Shown here piece by piece: positions 35,238-43,734 of a DNA stretch of 64,000 bases. The notes beneath the pieces are model-generated. The model did no database searches, had not been told where the DNA came from, and was given only the letters and a program-made list of their open reading frames with translations. The stretch is from Peptococcaceae bacterium (GTDB lineage Bacteria; Bacillota; Desulfitobacteriia; Desulfitobacteriales; Syntrophobotulaceae): the NCBI GenBank assembly GCA_012524045.1, contig JAAYSI010000016.1:697-64696 (forward strand). Reading direction: 5' to 3'. Each line of letters starts with the position of its first letter. The stretch's first letter is position 1. The position numbers were made by a program, and so were the translations under genes.

Positions 35238-35279
35238 AGTTAGGATTATCATAGTAACAGTTAGGCTTATTATAGTAAT
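35238..35279. repeat. Two tandem 21-bp direct repeats (18/21 identical)
   Basis: agttaggattatcatagtaac followed by agttaggcttattatagtaat, in the divergent intergenic region upstream of the OmpR-type regulator gene. Confidence 0.8.
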
Positions 35280-35474
35280 TTGGCTTAAAGATATAATAAA
35301 TAAGCTTAAATAGAATTAAGCTTCGTCAAATATGTATATGAGCTTTTAGAGAACAAAATACGCAATTTACTTTTGGCCGGAAATTCGTAAAAATTTATTA
35401 TATTATAGCACAAGTACGCTAAGTTTACTTTCAGTTTGTTATAATAAGTTTGTATAGTAGAAGGAGGGTCTCCG

Positions 35475-36167
35475 ATGGCCACCAATAAATTTAAAATTTT
35501 AGTAGTCGACGACGATCCAGCAATCTGCCAAATGCTAAGCCTGGGTCTCACCAACGAAGGATATGAAGTAAAAACCGCAGAAAACGGAGAGGTCGCTTTA
35601 CAGATAATCCCCGAGTTTGAACCGCATATTATTATTCTGGATATAATGATGCCGGTAATGGACGGTTATGAGCTTTGTGAGGCGGTTCCGGCCATTTCCG
35701 GAGCTTCAATGATTATGCTCTCAGCTAAAGACGCTTCCCAAGACATTATCAAGGGCTTAAGGCTGGGTGCTAATGACTACCTCGTTAAGCCTTTCCATTT
35801 TGAAGAGTTATTAGCTAGGATAGAGGTTCAGCTAAGAAATCGTTTCCCTGATCTATCCGGCAGACGGACTATCGGCCGTTTCACCATAGATGAATTGAAA
35901 AAGACCATTGCGTTAGACGGTAAAGTTTTACACCTTTCGCCGACAGAATATAAGTTGCTTTCTTATTTACTGTGGAACGCTAATCAAACTTTAAGTAAAG
36001 ATAAAATCCTTATTCACATCTGGGGCTATGACTTTGAAGGCGAAGATAATATTATTGAAGTCTATATCCGCTATTTAAGAGAAAAGCTCGGAGACTCCGA
36101 GCATAAACTAATCAAAACCATCCGCGGTCTTGGTTACCGTCTGCAAACCGAAGAAGCAAACGCCTAA
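35475..36167 (+). CDS. OmpR-family response regulator
   Basis: Receiver domain (ILVVDDD..ILDIMMP..K) and a winged-helix C-terminus (..IRGLGYRL). GGAGGG lies upstream. Confidence 0.9.
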   Translation: MATNKFKILVVDDDPAICQMLSLGLTNEGYEVKTAENGEVALQIIPEFEPHIIILDIMMPVMDGYELCEAVPAISGASMIMLSAKDASQDIIKGLRLGANDYLVKPFHFEELLARIEVQLRNRFPDLSGRRTIGRFTIDELKKTIALDGKVLHLSPTEYKLLSYLLWNANQTLSKDKILIHIWGYDFEGEDNIIEVYIRYLREKLGDSEHKLIKTIRGLGYRLQTEEANA

Positions 36168-36185
36168 ATGATAACGGGGTAAATT

Positions 36186-37775
36186 ATGGGAAAAAAATTT
36201 TTAGCTAGTCTTTCCGAGTGGAAAAAATCATTAATCGGGCAGCTGTTGGTGAGGTTCTGGGTTTGTCATATCCTTTTTTTTACAATTATTGGTTCTATCC
36301 AGTATAATTCCCTAAAAGATTCTCTGTACCTCAGCGTCGAACAAAACTTATACTCGGACTACCAATCAATTAAAAATAATATGATGACCTGGTTTTTAAA
36401 CAGTAAAGTCCCACCGGAGCGCCTCGCCGAACTTAGGCCAGGTAATTTTGTGGCCTTTTATTCCATTAATAACAAACTAAATTTTATGATCTATAGTTAT
36501 GGAAGGCCCCAAGAGGGTATCCCAGAGTGTTTACATGAGCCACTGTCTTTCGACCTCTATGATAAAGCCATCTCCAACGAGCCGTTTTTGATGGGCAATA
36601 GTAAAGAAAACCGTTATATGCTTTTAGTAAAACCCGTTCTATCCAGCAATTATATTCCTTATGTCAGTACAACGCCGGAAGACCCGCTCTCCAAATTTAT
36701 GCAAAAAAATATTACGGTCTATTTTCCGATTATCGGCTATGCGGTAATAGGTGAACCTCTCTACCATGCGGATTCTATCCTCGAAGGTAATTTTTACAGC
36801 TATGTATTTAATGCTTTAATTATTTTATTAATAAGCACGGTTTTAACGGCTTTAGCTTTGCAAAAACCGCTGGAACCGCTGCTTGCCATTTCCTCTACTG
36901 CCCGCAAAATCGCCGGCGGACGCTATGATCTACGCTTGCCGGCAATAAAGACCTCTTCTGAAATCATGCAGCTACGTGAAGCTTTAAACCATATGTTATG
37001 TCAGATGGAGAACGCCTTAAACACCGAACGCCAAGCCAAAGACAGAATGGCTCGATTCATTGCCGATGCTTCCCACGAACTAAGAACCCCACTGACCTCT
37101 ATTCGCGGTTTCTTAGAAATCCTGCTGCGAAATAAAAATCTTGACCAAAATACCTTAGATTCAGCTCACCAGACCATGCTAGTTGAAACTGAACGCCTGA
37201 TTCGTCTCGCCGAAGGACTGCTAGCCCTAAACCGGATCTCCCAAGAAGAACCGGGACAGGAAGAACCGGCTTTCCAGACCACTTTGCAAGATGTGCTACC
37301 TGAAGTTGTTCCGCTGTTTGCCACTTTACTTGAAAACCGAAGCTTACTGCTAAACGGCCAAAATCTTAAGGATATAAACGAGGCAGAGCTGCCGCTTTCC
37401 ACTGACGGCTGCGATCAGGCCTTGCCGCTAAAAGCCGATGAGCTAAAACAAATTTTATATAATCTGATAAACAACGCTATCCAACATACTGAAAAAGATG
37501 GCCTGATAGAGATAATAACCAGTCAGGATAAGGCTAATTTTAGTTTTACAATAAAAGACAACGGGAAGGGTATTCCCGCTGAGGATCTGCCCCATGTTTT
37601 TGACAGATTCTTCAGAGGAGACCGCTCCCGTTCCCATGCCAAAAGCCAAAGCTGTGGGCTTGGCCTGGCTATTGTTTCTGAATTAATCAGATTGCGTGGC
37701 GGAAAAATCACGGTTCAGAGCCTCCCGGGTGCAGGTGCCAGTTTTACCGTAATTTTCCCCGTGAAAACCGTTTAA
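36186..37775 (+). CDS. Sensor histidine kinase (extracytoplasmic loop, HAMP, HisKA, HATPase_c)
   Basis: H-box FIADASHELRTPLTSI, N-box LINNAIQHT, and G-boxes DNGKGI and GLGLAIV. Confidence 0.85.
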   Translation: MGKKFLASLSEWKKSLIGQLLVRFWVCHILFFTIIGSIQYNSLKDSLYLSVEQNLYSDYQSIKNNMMTWFLNSKVPPERLAELRPGNFVAFYSINNKLNFMIYSYGRPQEGIPECLHEPLSFDLYDKAISNEPFLMGNSKENRYMLLVKPVLSSNYIPYVSTTPEDPLSKFMQKNITVYFPIIGYAVIGEPLYHADSILEGNFYSYVFNALIILLISTVLTALALQKPLEPLLAISSTARKIAGGRYDLRLPAIKTSSEIMQLREALNHMLCQMENALNTERQAKDRMARFIADASHELRTPLTSIRGFLEILLRNKNLDQNTLDSAHQTMLVETERLIRLAEGLLALNRISQEEPGQEEPAFQTTLQDVLPEVVPLFATLLENRSLLLNGQNLKDINEAELPLSTDGCDQALPLKADELKQILYNLINNAIQHTEKDGLIEIITSQDKANFSFTIKDNGKGIPAEDLPHVFDRFFRGDRSRSHAKSQSCGLGLAIVSELIRLRGGKITVQSLPGAGASFTVIFPVKTV

Positions 37776-37812
37776 TGCCTAAGCCTTTTTAAGCACCATA
37801 TTTTAAAGATTA

Positions 37813-39684
37813 TTATTGACTGACTGCCCTTTCCAGAATGTTATAAAGTCTACCAACCATATTGCGCTGATCTAAGATCAGACCTGCAGCTAACTGAGCA
37901 GTCTCCAAAACCTGCTCCGCCGCTTCTTTAGCAAAGGGATCATTTGCCTTGCGCAGTTCATTAATTCCCTTGATGATCTTATGTTTGCTGTTTAATTCCA
38001 GGATACCCGCAGGAATATTTTCCTTCTCTCCGGTCATTTGCATCATAATCTTTTGCATACTATGCGAACCATAGGGACTTAAAATAATAGCAGGGCTGTC
38101 TACCAGCCTTTTCGAAGCCCTTACCTCAGTTACTTTTTCACCTAAATTAGTTTTAAACCAGCTCAGCAACTCTTGCAATTCATCCTGATTTATCTCCTCA
38201 GTTGCCTGCTCTTCAGGCTGCTCGATATCGGGCAAATCCTTAGTATCCTGTTCCGCTGCTACGATTTTCTTACCTTGGTATTCCCGAAGGTTGTCCAAAA
38301 TATAATCATCGACTGGATCATAAGTATAAAGAACCTCAATCCCTTTATCTTTAAAGACTTCCAGATAGGGACCGGATTCAATAGCTTCGCGACTTGAACC
38401 ATTGATATAATAGATGGCCTGCTGGCCTTCTTTCATTCTGGCCACATAATCATCCAAAGAGATTAATTCCTCTTCCTTGGTCAAGTTCGATTCAAAACGC
38501 AGTAAACGGACCAGCCCGTCTTTATGCGTAAAATCTGTTGCAGCCCCCTCTTTTATAAAGCGGTTAAATTTCTTCCAGAATTCATTATATTTTGCAGAAT
38601 CACTTTTAGCCTGTTGCTCCAAGAATTTCAAGAAGCGACCGGTAACAACTCTGTTTAGCTTGGCTACCAGCGCATTCTCTTGTAAGGTTTCCCGGGAAAT
38701 ATTTAAAGGAAGTTCCTCGCTGTCTATAATACCGCGGACAAATCTCATCCATTCAGGAACAATCGCCTCCGATTTTTCCTGAATCAGTATTTTTTTGCAG
38801 AAAAGATTAACCCCTCTCTCCATTCTGTTAAAGCCAAATCTCTCCAGGTTTTCCCCGGGTACATATAATAAGGCCCTAATCGATAGCGGAGCGTCAGAAG
38901 AAAAATGCAGCCTATAGGTCGGTTCGTCATAAGCGTTGGCAATATACTTATAGAATTCAACATATTCCTCCTCGGAAATCTCCGAGCTATTCTTCGTCCA
39001 AATCGCTTCGACAGTATTGGCTTTCTCTCCGTTCACTTTTACCGGGAAAGGTACAAAGCTGGAGTACTGTTTAATTATTCTCTTAATATTGTCGGCTTTA
39101 CTATAATCCGCAGCATCTGCCTTCAAGCTTAATACGATCTTAGTCCCGCTTAAAATACTGTCATCACCGGGTTCAATGGTATAACTACCTGTACCGTCCG
39201 AAGTCCAAATCCAGCTATCCGAACCCTCTCGGAAGGAACGGGTATAAAGAGTTACTTTCTCCGCGACCATGAAGGCCGAATAGAAACCGACCCCGAACTG
39301 ACCGATCAGACTTAAATCAGCCTCACCCTTTGGGGAGTCCTTTTTGACCTCCGCCAATTGTCTTATGAATTCCTTAGAACCGGAATGGGCGATCGTGCCC
39401 AGATTTTCGATAAGTTCTTCTTTCGTCATGCCAATCCCATTATCCGAGATTGTGAGGGTCCGAGCCTCTTCATCAGTATCAATGTTAATTTCCAGAGGTC
39501 GCTCCGGGTCAAGGGCTCCATCTTCAACCAGCTTGCAATAGCGGAGCTTTTCCGTAGCATCAGCAGCGTTAGAAATTAATTCGCGCAAAAAAATGTCCCT
39601 ACCGGTATAGAGGGAGTTAATAACAATATCCAATAGCTGCCTAATTTCAGTTTGAAATTCTCTGGATTCAATTTTGTTGCTCAT
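37813..39684 (-). CDS. htpG: Molecular chaperone HtpG (Hsp90)
   Basis: FQTEIRQLLDIVINSLYT..FLRELISNAADA..GQFGVGFYSAFMVA. 623 aa. Confidence 0.92.
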   Translation of the reverse strand: MSNKIESREFQTEIRQLLDIVINSLYTGRDIFLRELISNAADATEKLRYCKLVEDGALDPERPLEINIDTDEEARTLTISDNGIGMTKEELIENLGTIAHSGSKEFIRQLAEVKKDSPKGEADLSLIGQFGVGFYSAFMVAEKVTLYTRSFREGSDSWIWTSDGTGSYTIEPGDDSILSGTKIVLSLKADAADYSKADNIKRIIKQYSSFVPFPVKVNGEKANTVEAIWTKNSSEISEEEYVEFYKYIANAYDEPTYRLHFSSDAPLSIRALLYVPGENLERFGFNRMERGVNLFCKKILIQEKSEAIVPEWMRFVRGIIDSEELPLNISRETLQENALVAKLNRVVTGRFLKFLEQQAKSDSAKYNEFWKKFNRFIKEGAATDFTHKDGLVRLLRFESNLTKEEELISLDDYVARMKEGQQAIYYINGSSREAIESGPYLEVFKDKGIEVLYTYDPVDDYILDNLREYQGKKIVAAEQDTKDLPDIEQPEEQATEEINQDELQELLSWFKTNLGEKVTEVRASKRLVDSPAIILSPYGSHSMQKIMMQMTGEKENIPAGILELNSKHKIIKGINELRKANDPFAKEAAEQVLETAQLAAGLILDQRNMVGRLYNILERAVSQ

Positions 39685-39780
39685 TAATTCTAACCTCCCT
39701 ATAAGAACATCTTTATTACGACAATAAAGCTACTTATAATTTAGTAGCTTTTGGTAATAAAATAAACAACAAACAAATTA

Positions 39781-39789
39781 ATTATACCA
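39781..39789 (-). promoter_or_regulatory. Candidate extended -10 (TGGTATAAT) for htpG
   Basis: The reverse complement of attatacca. It lies about 95 nt upstream of the htpG ATG. Confidence 0.3.
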
Positions 39790-39820
39790 CGACCTGGATA
39801 AAATGCTAATAACTGTCCCC

Positions 39821-40108
39821 TTACGGGCTTTTGAGTACTGCTTCCTTACCTTTCTCGGTAAGTTTCCACCTTGTGGCCGTGACATTTAATTTTTCCTGCT
39901 CGGTCTTATTTTTTTTAGTACAACAAACTCCACATTCCTCGCATTTATCGTCCACACAGGAAGGGTCATCCGAAATTATATAACCCATGGTTTCCAGGTT
40001 AAGAAACATCTGCTTGACCAATTCCGGATCAAGCTCCAGTTTTTTGGCCAATGCCGTATGAGAATTTAGTTCACTATTGGCCATCTCTCTTAACACCCTG
40101 ATTAACAT
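39821..40108 (-). CDS. FeoC-like winged-helix protein with a C-terminal Cys cluster
   Basis: 95 aa immediately downstream of feoB. N-terminus LIRVLREMANSELNSHTALAKKLELDPELVKQMFLNLETMGYI, then CVDDKCEECGVCC. Confidence 0.5.
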   Translation of the reverse strand: MLIRVLREMANSELNSHTALAKKLELDPELVKQMFLNLETMGYIISDDPSCVDDKCEECGVCCTKKNKTEQEKLNVTATRWKLTEKGKEAVLKSP

Positions 40109-40160
40109 ACGAACCTCTCCTAACTTGCTTAAATGGCAAGGTTATTAATCAATATTATAC

Positions 40161-42194
40161 TTAAGATAAACCGAAAAGCCTACCGACTTGATAAACTAAT
40201 ACTGCCAAACTCCAGCCGATTACAAAGGAATAAACACCGGAAAACAGAGCCCATTTTAAAGAATTCGTTTCTTTCTTTATAATACCAAAAGTCGCCGCAC
40301 AAGGTGAATAGAGTAAAGTCATAATCATAAAAGCATAGGCTGAAAGGGGTGTAAAATACTGGGCTAAAACAGTGGACAGCATTTCTTCGCCTGCTCCATA
40401 GACCAAACCAAAGGTGGCTACTATGGCTTCCTTAGCCCCAATACCGACGATCAAAGCGACTGCTGACTCCCAGTTGCCAAAACCGGCAGGGCTGAAAAGC
40501 GGAGCAATAGCCGAACCCATCTTGCCGAGCAGACTTTCGTAGCTTCCCGGAGTAACTCCAATGGGGAAGATTGACAATATCCACAATAACACTACTATAG
40601 CAAAAATTATCGTACCGGCTTTTTTCACAAAAGCTTCGGTTTTTTCCCACATGTGGATAAAAAGGCTCTTCAAAGTCGGGATACGATACGGAGGCAGTTC
40701 CATCACAAAATAAGATTTTTCTTGCTTAAATACCGTCTTACTTAAAACCTTACCGGCAACCACAGCAACAAGAATTCCGAGTACATAAAGGGAGAAAAAG
40801 ACCAAACCGGAAGCCGGAAGAATTCCTACTTTTTTATTACCGAAAAAGGCAGCGGCAAACAGGGCATAGACAGGTAGTCTGGCGCTGCAAGAAATAAACG
40901 GGCTAATAAATATGCCAATCATCCGGTCTTTTTTCGTATCCAAAGTCCGAGTCGACATTATTCCGGCCACATTACACCCGCTGCCGACAATCATCGCGAC
41001 AGCTGTCTTGCCGTGCAAGCCGACTGCATTCATCAAACGGTCCATAACATAAGCAGCCCTGGCCATATAGCCGCTGTCTTCCAAAAAGGAGATTAAAAAA
41101 AACATAGTAAACATCAACGGCACAAATACCAAAACTGCCCCTACGCCGCCGATTAAAGCATCAATAAAAAAGGAACGTACCAATTCCGGAGCATTTACCA
41201 GCAAACCCGCCACATATTCTCCCAGAAGGGCAAAGCCAAGTTCAACATAACTACCTAAAAAGTTGTTACCAAAAGTCATGGTTATCATATAGAGCAGAAA
41301 CATTATCAAGAAAAACAACGGAATACCTAGCCATTTATTAGTTGCGATTCTGTCGATCTTCTCTGTCAAATCATCGCCCTGGGCAGTTCCTTTACGAACA
41401 CATTCTTTAATCAGGTAATTTATATATTCATAACGTTTACCGGCCATATGTATCTCCGGATCAAAACCGATCTCCGCACTGATTCTTTCCCTTCCTGCCT
41501 GCACGGTCTCTTTTAACAAGTCATGCTTATCCAGTTGCACAAATTCCTTCGCATAATCGTCATTTTCCAACAGTTTGATAGCCAAAAGGGACGATGCTCT
41601 TTCATCGCTTATTCCTAAATCTTCTAATATAGCTGCTATCTCTTGTAAGACATCATTTACCGGCTGACCATAATCTAATCTAAAAGAAGGTCTATCGCTA
41701 TGCTCTAAACTGACAGCCCTCTCCAGCATTTCCATTATACCTGTACTTTTCGTGGCCACAGTAGCCACAACCGGCACTCCCAGCAGTTTAGCCAGTTTCT
41801 GCTGATCAATGAAAATCTGCTTTTTCTCCGCCTCGTCTATCATGTTTAAGGCCAGCACAACCTTCGTATTCATCTCCAGTAGCTGGACGGTAAGATAGAG
41901 ATTGCGCTCTATATTGCCGGAATCAATAACATTTATTACCACATCAGGCTTATCCTGAAGAATGTACTGAACTGCAATAATCTCATCTTCGGAAGAAGCT
42001 GAAAAACTGTATGTTCCCGGCAGATCTATTATTCTTAAGTCTTTGCCCTCATATTTAACGAAACCTTCCTTGCGTTCAACCGTCACACCCGGCCAATTGC
42101 CCACATGTTGCCTCGAGCCGGTCAACACATTGAATAAACTGGTTTTACCGCAATTAGGATTGCCGACTAAAGCTAAATTTAATTCCTTTGCCAT
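40161..42194 (-). CDS. feoB: Ferrous iron transporter FeoB
   Basis: N-terminal G-domain (ALVGNPNCGKTSLFN, DLPGTYS, NMID) followed by a polytopic permease. 677 aa. Confidence 0.92.
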   Translation of the reverse strand: MAKELNLALVGNPNCGKTSLFNVLTGSRQHVGNWPGVTVERKEGFVKYEGKDLRIIDLPGTYSFSASSEDEIIAVQYILQDKPDVVINVIDSGNIERNLYLTVQLLEMNTKVVLALNMIDEAEKKQIFIDQQKLAKLLGVPVVATVATKSTGIMEMLERAVSLEHSDRPSFRLDYGQPVNDVLQEIAAILEDLGISDERASSLLAIKLLENDDYAKEFVQLDKHDLLKETVQAGRERISAEIGFDPEIHMAGKRYEYINYLIKECVRKGTAQGDDLTEKIDRIATNKWLGIPLFFLIMFLLYMITMTFGNNFLGSYVELGFALLGEYVAGLLVNAPELVRSFFIDALIGGVGAVLVFVPLMFTMFFLISFLEDSGYMARAAYVMDRLMNAVGLHGKTAVAMIVGSGCNVAGIMSTRTLDTKKDRMIGIFISPFISCSARLPVYALFAAAFFGNKKVGILPASGLVFFSLYVLGILVAVVAGKVLSKTVFKQEKSYFVMELPPYRIPTLKSLFIHMWEKTEAFVKKAGTIIFAIVVLLWILSIFPIGVTPGSYESLLGKMGSAIAPLFSPAGFGNWESAVALIVGIGAKEAIVATFGLVYGAGEEMLSTVLAQYFTPLSAYAFMIMTLLYSPCAATFGIIKKETNSLKWALFSGVYSFVIGWSLAVLVYQVGRLFGLS

Positions 42195-42273
42195 TATTCC
42201 AACCTTCCGTCTGTTATCATTACTCTGAATCCAATTACCAAAATAAATAGTTGTTATCTAAATCTCCAACCCT

Positions 42274-42294
42274 AATTGATAGCAGTTATCAATT
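42274..42294. promoter_or_regulatory. Perfect 8-5-8 palindrome AATTGATA-gcagt-TATCAATT in the feoA-feoB spacer
   Basis: Read directly. It lies in an unusually long (165-nt) gap between feoA and feoB. Confidence 0.4.
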
Positions 42295-42359
42295 ATGTTG
42301 CAAAAATTTACAGGGTTTCTTCCCCTGGTAGATTTAATATTGACACTAAAAAGCCGAGC

Positions 42360-42605
42360 TTATTCCTCAAGCGGTTCTACTAGAATGTTCTTGGCATCAC
42401 TTTTTCTTAAAGTAAGATTATATCCTCTGAGATTTATCTTAATCGGATCTCCTAAAGGAGCCTGTCCTTCAACTTTAAACTTCGTTCCCCTGACCAGACC
42501 CATATCAGTCAGTTTTTTTCTCATTGTATTGTCTAAGGTGATATTTATGATTCTACCATTAGTATTAATAGGTACTTGGTCTAAACTGACATACTTTGTA
42601 TCCAT
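42360..42605 (-). CDS. feoA: FeoA-family protein
   Basis: ..SLDQVPINTNGRIINI..RKKLTDMGLVRGTKFKVEGQAPLGDPIKINLRGYNLTLRKSDAKNILV is the FeoA SH3-like pattern. AAGGTGAG lies 4 nt upstream of the ATG at 42605; the track ORF extends to 42641. Confidence 0.8.
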   Translation of the reverse strand: MDTKYVSLDQVPINTNGRIINITLDNTMRKKLTDMGLVRGTKFKVEGQAPLGDPIKINLRGYNLTLRKSDAKNILVEPLEE

Positions 42606-42884
42606 TTTTCTCACCTTCTTGAAAATGATTATCAGCTTCATATTAACTATAGCTTATCCTAATAAAAATAGCAATATTTATTGTATCATATTCTGTTATG
42701 GTATATAAAAAAGGTGTCTATGTTAAATTTCCCATTTATAGTAAATTTTGGATATCAAAATATTTTTCAAAAACATATTATCTACCATTTAGCGAAAGAA
42801 TATTTAAAATTTAAAAAGCGAAAATATAAAGGGAGGTCTTTTTTTGACTTTAGCATAAAAACGGAATAAGAGGAAGTGATTAAA

Positions 42885-43001
42885 ATGACTGAAGAACCCT
42901 CTAAGCCCGTTCAAGCTGAAGATATAACTCAAAACACTATAGAAAAGCTCAAACACCAAATTCAAGCGACTAAATTAGTGATTACAAAGTACTCTTCTTA
43001 G
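42885..43001 (+). CDS. Unannotated small ORF (38 aa)
   Basis: My own translation is MTEEPSKPVQAEDITQNTIEKLKHQIQATKLVITKYSS. AAGAGGAAG lies 8 nt upstream of the ATG, and a strong terminator hairpin follows directly. Confidence 0.4.
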   Translation: MTEEPSKPVQAEDITQNTIEKLKHQIQATKLVITKYSS

Positions 43002-43019
43002 AAAAAACTCCAAATTTAA

Positions 43020-43058
43020 AGCTCCCCGGACTTGATAATTCCGGAGAGCTTTTGTTTT
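43020..43058 (+). terminator. Intrinsic terminator (possibly bidirectional)
   Basis: agctccccgga / tccggagagct, an 11-bp stem with one mismatch, followed by TTTGTTTT. Confidence 0.6.
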
Positions 43059-43071
43059 GCTTAAAAATAAT

Positions 43072-43338
43072 TTAAAAATAATAGGGGTGAGGTCTGTAAG
43101 GATAATAACCGGAGCTGCGCCCTATACCGTAGCCGACACCAAAACTCAAGGCTAACAACGCTATGGCCGCAAACGGGTAAAAAAACAATCCCGGATTAGA
43201 AGAATTGAATAAGATACCGTCTGGCCGTACTGCAATAACCTGCCCTTCCAGCCATTGGCCATTCCTTAAAAGCAATCTGGTAGGTTGGCCTAAATATGGT
43301 AAAGCAGTTTCGTAGCAAACTGGATTAAATAGTCTCAA
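43072..43338 (-). CDS. Hypothetical small protein with a Gly/Tyr/Pro-rich C-terminal tail
   Basis: AGGAGGGTGG lies upstream of a TTG at 43338, giving MRLFNPVCYETALPYLGQPTRLLLRNGQWLEGQVIAVRPDGILF..., one TM-like segment, and the tail GYGIGRSSGYYPYRPHPYYF. The track ORF extends to 43371. Confidence 0.45.
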   Translation of the reverse strand: MRLFNPVCYETALPYLGQPTRLLLRNGQWLEGQVIAVRPDGILFNSSNPGLFFYPFAAIALLALSFGVGYGIGRSSGYYPYRPHPYYF

Positions 43339-43413
43339 GGTTTTCCACCCTCCTAAAACATCAATTACCAATAAATGGGTAATATATTGTATGAAATGAC
43401 CTTAGATTTGGAA

Positions 43414-43566
43414 CTAGAAACCCCAAGACGGAAAACCTACAGGCCCAAAACCGCCCCACCAGAAAGGAATAAACAGGATAAAGATAATAAGAATAATTAT
43501 AAGCCACCACCAACCGGCACCCCTGCCTAAACCACCGTAATAACCGCTTCCGCCAAAAATAGCCAT
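43414..43566 (-). CDS. Unannotated tiny Gly/Trp-rich transmembrane peptide (50 aa), YjcZ-like in composition
   Basis: My own translation is MAIFGGSGYYGGLGRGAGWWWLIIILIIFILFIPFWWGGFGPVGFPSWGF. GGGAGGAGG lies upstream of the ATG. Confidence 0.5.
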   Translation of the reverse strand: MAIFGGSGYYGGLGRGAGWWWLIIILIIFILFIPFWWGGFGPVGFPSWGF

Positions 43567-43734
43567 AGAAATTCTACCTCCTCCCATTTTATGGAAATAT
43601 CTCCTAGGATATTCTATGTGGAAGTGCGGCTAAATGTTTGAAATCTTAGGACTAATAGTAGATAATAAAAAAGGATAAAGAATAGTGCCAGAAGCAATCA
43701 GGTTATTATACAATGTAATAAAGGACGGTGCAGC

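Noticed and set aside
35102-35300. S-box (SAM-I) riboswitch expected upstream of the MTH1187-metH operon and of larE-metA-metY.
   Set aside because: The leaders are extremely AT-rich. They lack the GC-rich conserved S-box core and any terminator/antiterminator pair that I can see.
42642-42884. Fur box upstream of feoA.
   Set aside because: I found only isolated GATAAT-like hexamers (for example on the minus strand around 42775..42783). There is no 7-1-7 or 19-bp consensus match good enough to call.
43590-43734. Possible purine riboswitch upstream of the NCS2 nucleobase permease.
   Set aside because: I could not find the conserved purine-riboswitch loop and junction motifs or a convincing three-way junction. 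The region is AT-rich with only short stems. A covariance-model scan would be needed to revisit this.
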